A DNA stretch of 63,414 nucleotides, the filler included, from Reclinomonas americana ATCC 50394 (taxonomy: Eukaryota), in the NCBI GenBank assembly GCA_048213135.1. It is 15 parts of 15 records of this genome, joined end to end, with 100 filler letters (N's around TTAATTAATTAA, not from the genome) between each part and the next. Parts side by side here need not be neighbours in the genome. Positions count along the whole stretch, not along the records: positions 61,531 to 63,414 come from AFZH01016840.1; 14 more parts are not named here. One strand, given 5' to 3'. The notes under the pieces are model-generated. The model was not told the origin of the DNA. It did not search any database and saw only the letters and a program-made list of their open reading frames with translations. Shown one piece after another: positions 61,825-63,414 of this stretch. The first letter of the stretch is position 1. The number at the start of each line of letters is the position of its first letter. The translations under genes and the position numbers were made by a program.

Positions 61825-63414
61825 CTTCCCGGCGCCGGTTCGTGTTGTCTTCCCCCCCCCACCTTCTGCTTGTGCATTTCGCGCTCATTGCACACACGAG
61901 AGCAGGCAAGTCGACGCTGATCAACAATCTGCACAAGGCGTTGCACGCCAAGGCTGCCGAGCCAGTCACTGAGGAGTACAAGTGAGTGGGAGATGCAGAG
62001 GGAGAGAATGGGAGATAGTGTGTATATGAGTGAATGCGTGTGCACGCGTTTGTGCAAAAGTGCGTGTTTCTTTAGAACAGAGCTCGATGACACTCGATTT
62101 CTAATCGCCTCTTGACGCCGCAGATGGGCCGAGGACGGCACGCAGGTAACTTCTCCACCGCAGTCTCCTTCTGCCCCACCATCCCTTCTCACTCTCTCGC
62201 AGGAGCTGTCGGGCTTCTTTGGCGAGGAATACGGATTCACCGTGTACGACACGCGCGGTGCTGGTGCGTCACTCATCTTCTCCCTTTTATCGCGCTTCTC
62301 TCTCACCAACACTGCTCTCGTCCACAGTCCATCCCGAAGTCTACCTCGGCATCCTCGAAGGCCGCGTGATGCGCGACTCGGTGATTCCGCGCGACGCGTC
62401 CTCCATCCAACGCCGCTTCGCCGCGCCGCTCCCCGAGCAGGTTCTTTGAATCGTGCACCGCTCATCCCCACAACACGACTTACACACGCGTGGAGCAGAT
62501 GCACGCCTGCATCTTTGTGTTTGACAGCAAGGATCCGCGCACTCTCGACGATTTTCGGGAGGTGATGCTCAAAGTGCGACAAAAAGGCGCGTTGTCTTTC
62601 CAGTGACTTGAACGGGATGGAGGCATTGCTCTCATGTGCCGATTTCGCAGGTCTCGGTTGCGTCACTGTCTTCTCCAAATCCAAGGGCCTCGATCGGCGG
62701 CGGCGAGAGCACCTCCTGCACGTGGTCGGACCGATCACCCGTGCCGCCAACGATTCGTTCTTCTTTATCAACAACAAGCCGGCGGAGCGGTTGCATACGG
62801 TTCGCACTCGAAGATTGTCGTCCCCCGCCGCTTCCTTTGTGTGTTCTTACACACCTCGTATCATGAGACGTTCACTGTTCTGTTTGCAGCAGGATTAATT
62901 TTCACCTTTTCTTCTCTCCATTTCACGTCGCCTACCCTGCCCCTGAGCACGTCTTCTTCTGTCAAGGCGTATCCGCTGCTTCTCAACTCCTCTTCTTGCA
63001 TTGTTTGCTGCTATCATTCGTTCAATTCATTCTGCGTGCTCGCGCACTCCTAGTCGATGCATTTGCTCTTGTCGGCGCATGAGCCATGCGCCACGAGTTG
63101 CTGTTTGCTTTTTCCTCGTCCTTGCATGTCCTCGCCCGCTCGTGCTTGTGTTTGAGGCTTTCCCTTTTGTTCCCCACCCACTTTGCAGCATGGGTAGTTT
63201 TCCCCGTCCTATTGTATCCATGCACGCTCGTGCTTGTTTCCACACTTGCATCATGTCTTTCTGTTTTTTCTTCCTCTTCACCCACTCGCACGATCTCTTT
63301 CCTCCTGCATATCAGACCCTTCTCTGCCCCTGTCCTCAGTTCTCTATTTCCCCCTTCCCCCTTGCCCCCCCATCTCCCTCCCCCTCACCCCCTTCCCCTT
63401 TTAGATGAAGGACC
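61825..63414 (+). CDS. IFI44-like P-loop GTPase domain, partial
   Basis: Exons 61825-61837, 61906-61981 (LPGAGKSTLINNL), 62124-62145, 62203-62263 (FTVYDTRG, G3), 62328-62440 (ILEGRV), 62499-62586 (MHACIFVFD; needs a GC donor at 62587), 62651-62799 (GLGCVTVFSK...FFFINN), and a probable exon starting ~63405. Confidence 0.7.

Noticed and set aside
1..63414. tRNA, rRNA, transposase, integrase or reverse transcriptase genes
   Set aside because: None recognised by eye. tRNAscan/Infernal/RepeatModeler were not run, so small RNAs cannot be excluded.

Overview
Eukaryotic, intron-rich, microsatellite-laden draft scaffold, probably from a unicellular eukaryote; the organism cannot be determined from this window. 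Fifteen contigs are joined by 14 artificial 100-nt spacers (N44-TTAATTAATTAA-N44), and most entries in the ORF track are noise. Manual splicing recovers about 13 genes. Recognisable genes are XPD/ERCC2, the meiotic gene MND1, a TMEM260/DUF2723-family mannosyltransferase, an atypical fimbrin-like CH protein, a secreted EGF-repeat protein, a homeodomain protein and an IFI44-like P-loop GTPase. There are also a phage-like exon, an intronless beta-propeller, a TPR-like protein and one hypothetical gene. The main finding is three NLR-like STAND genes that appear to share an N-terminal HEPN (putative RNase) effector. Two are paralogous Ubl-HEPN-NACHT-pentapeptide-14xWD40 genes (3210-7960 and 26153-30917). 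The third is a HEPN-NB-ARC-~30xTPR gene (minus strand, 50173-42647) with an in-frame TAG inside its repeat array. The sensor repeats are 126-bp units with hypervariable positions. Splicing also shows unusual features: a recurrent shifted GTTGMG donor class and a run of introns that split Cys codons. All domain calls are motif recognition by eye; no database search was run.
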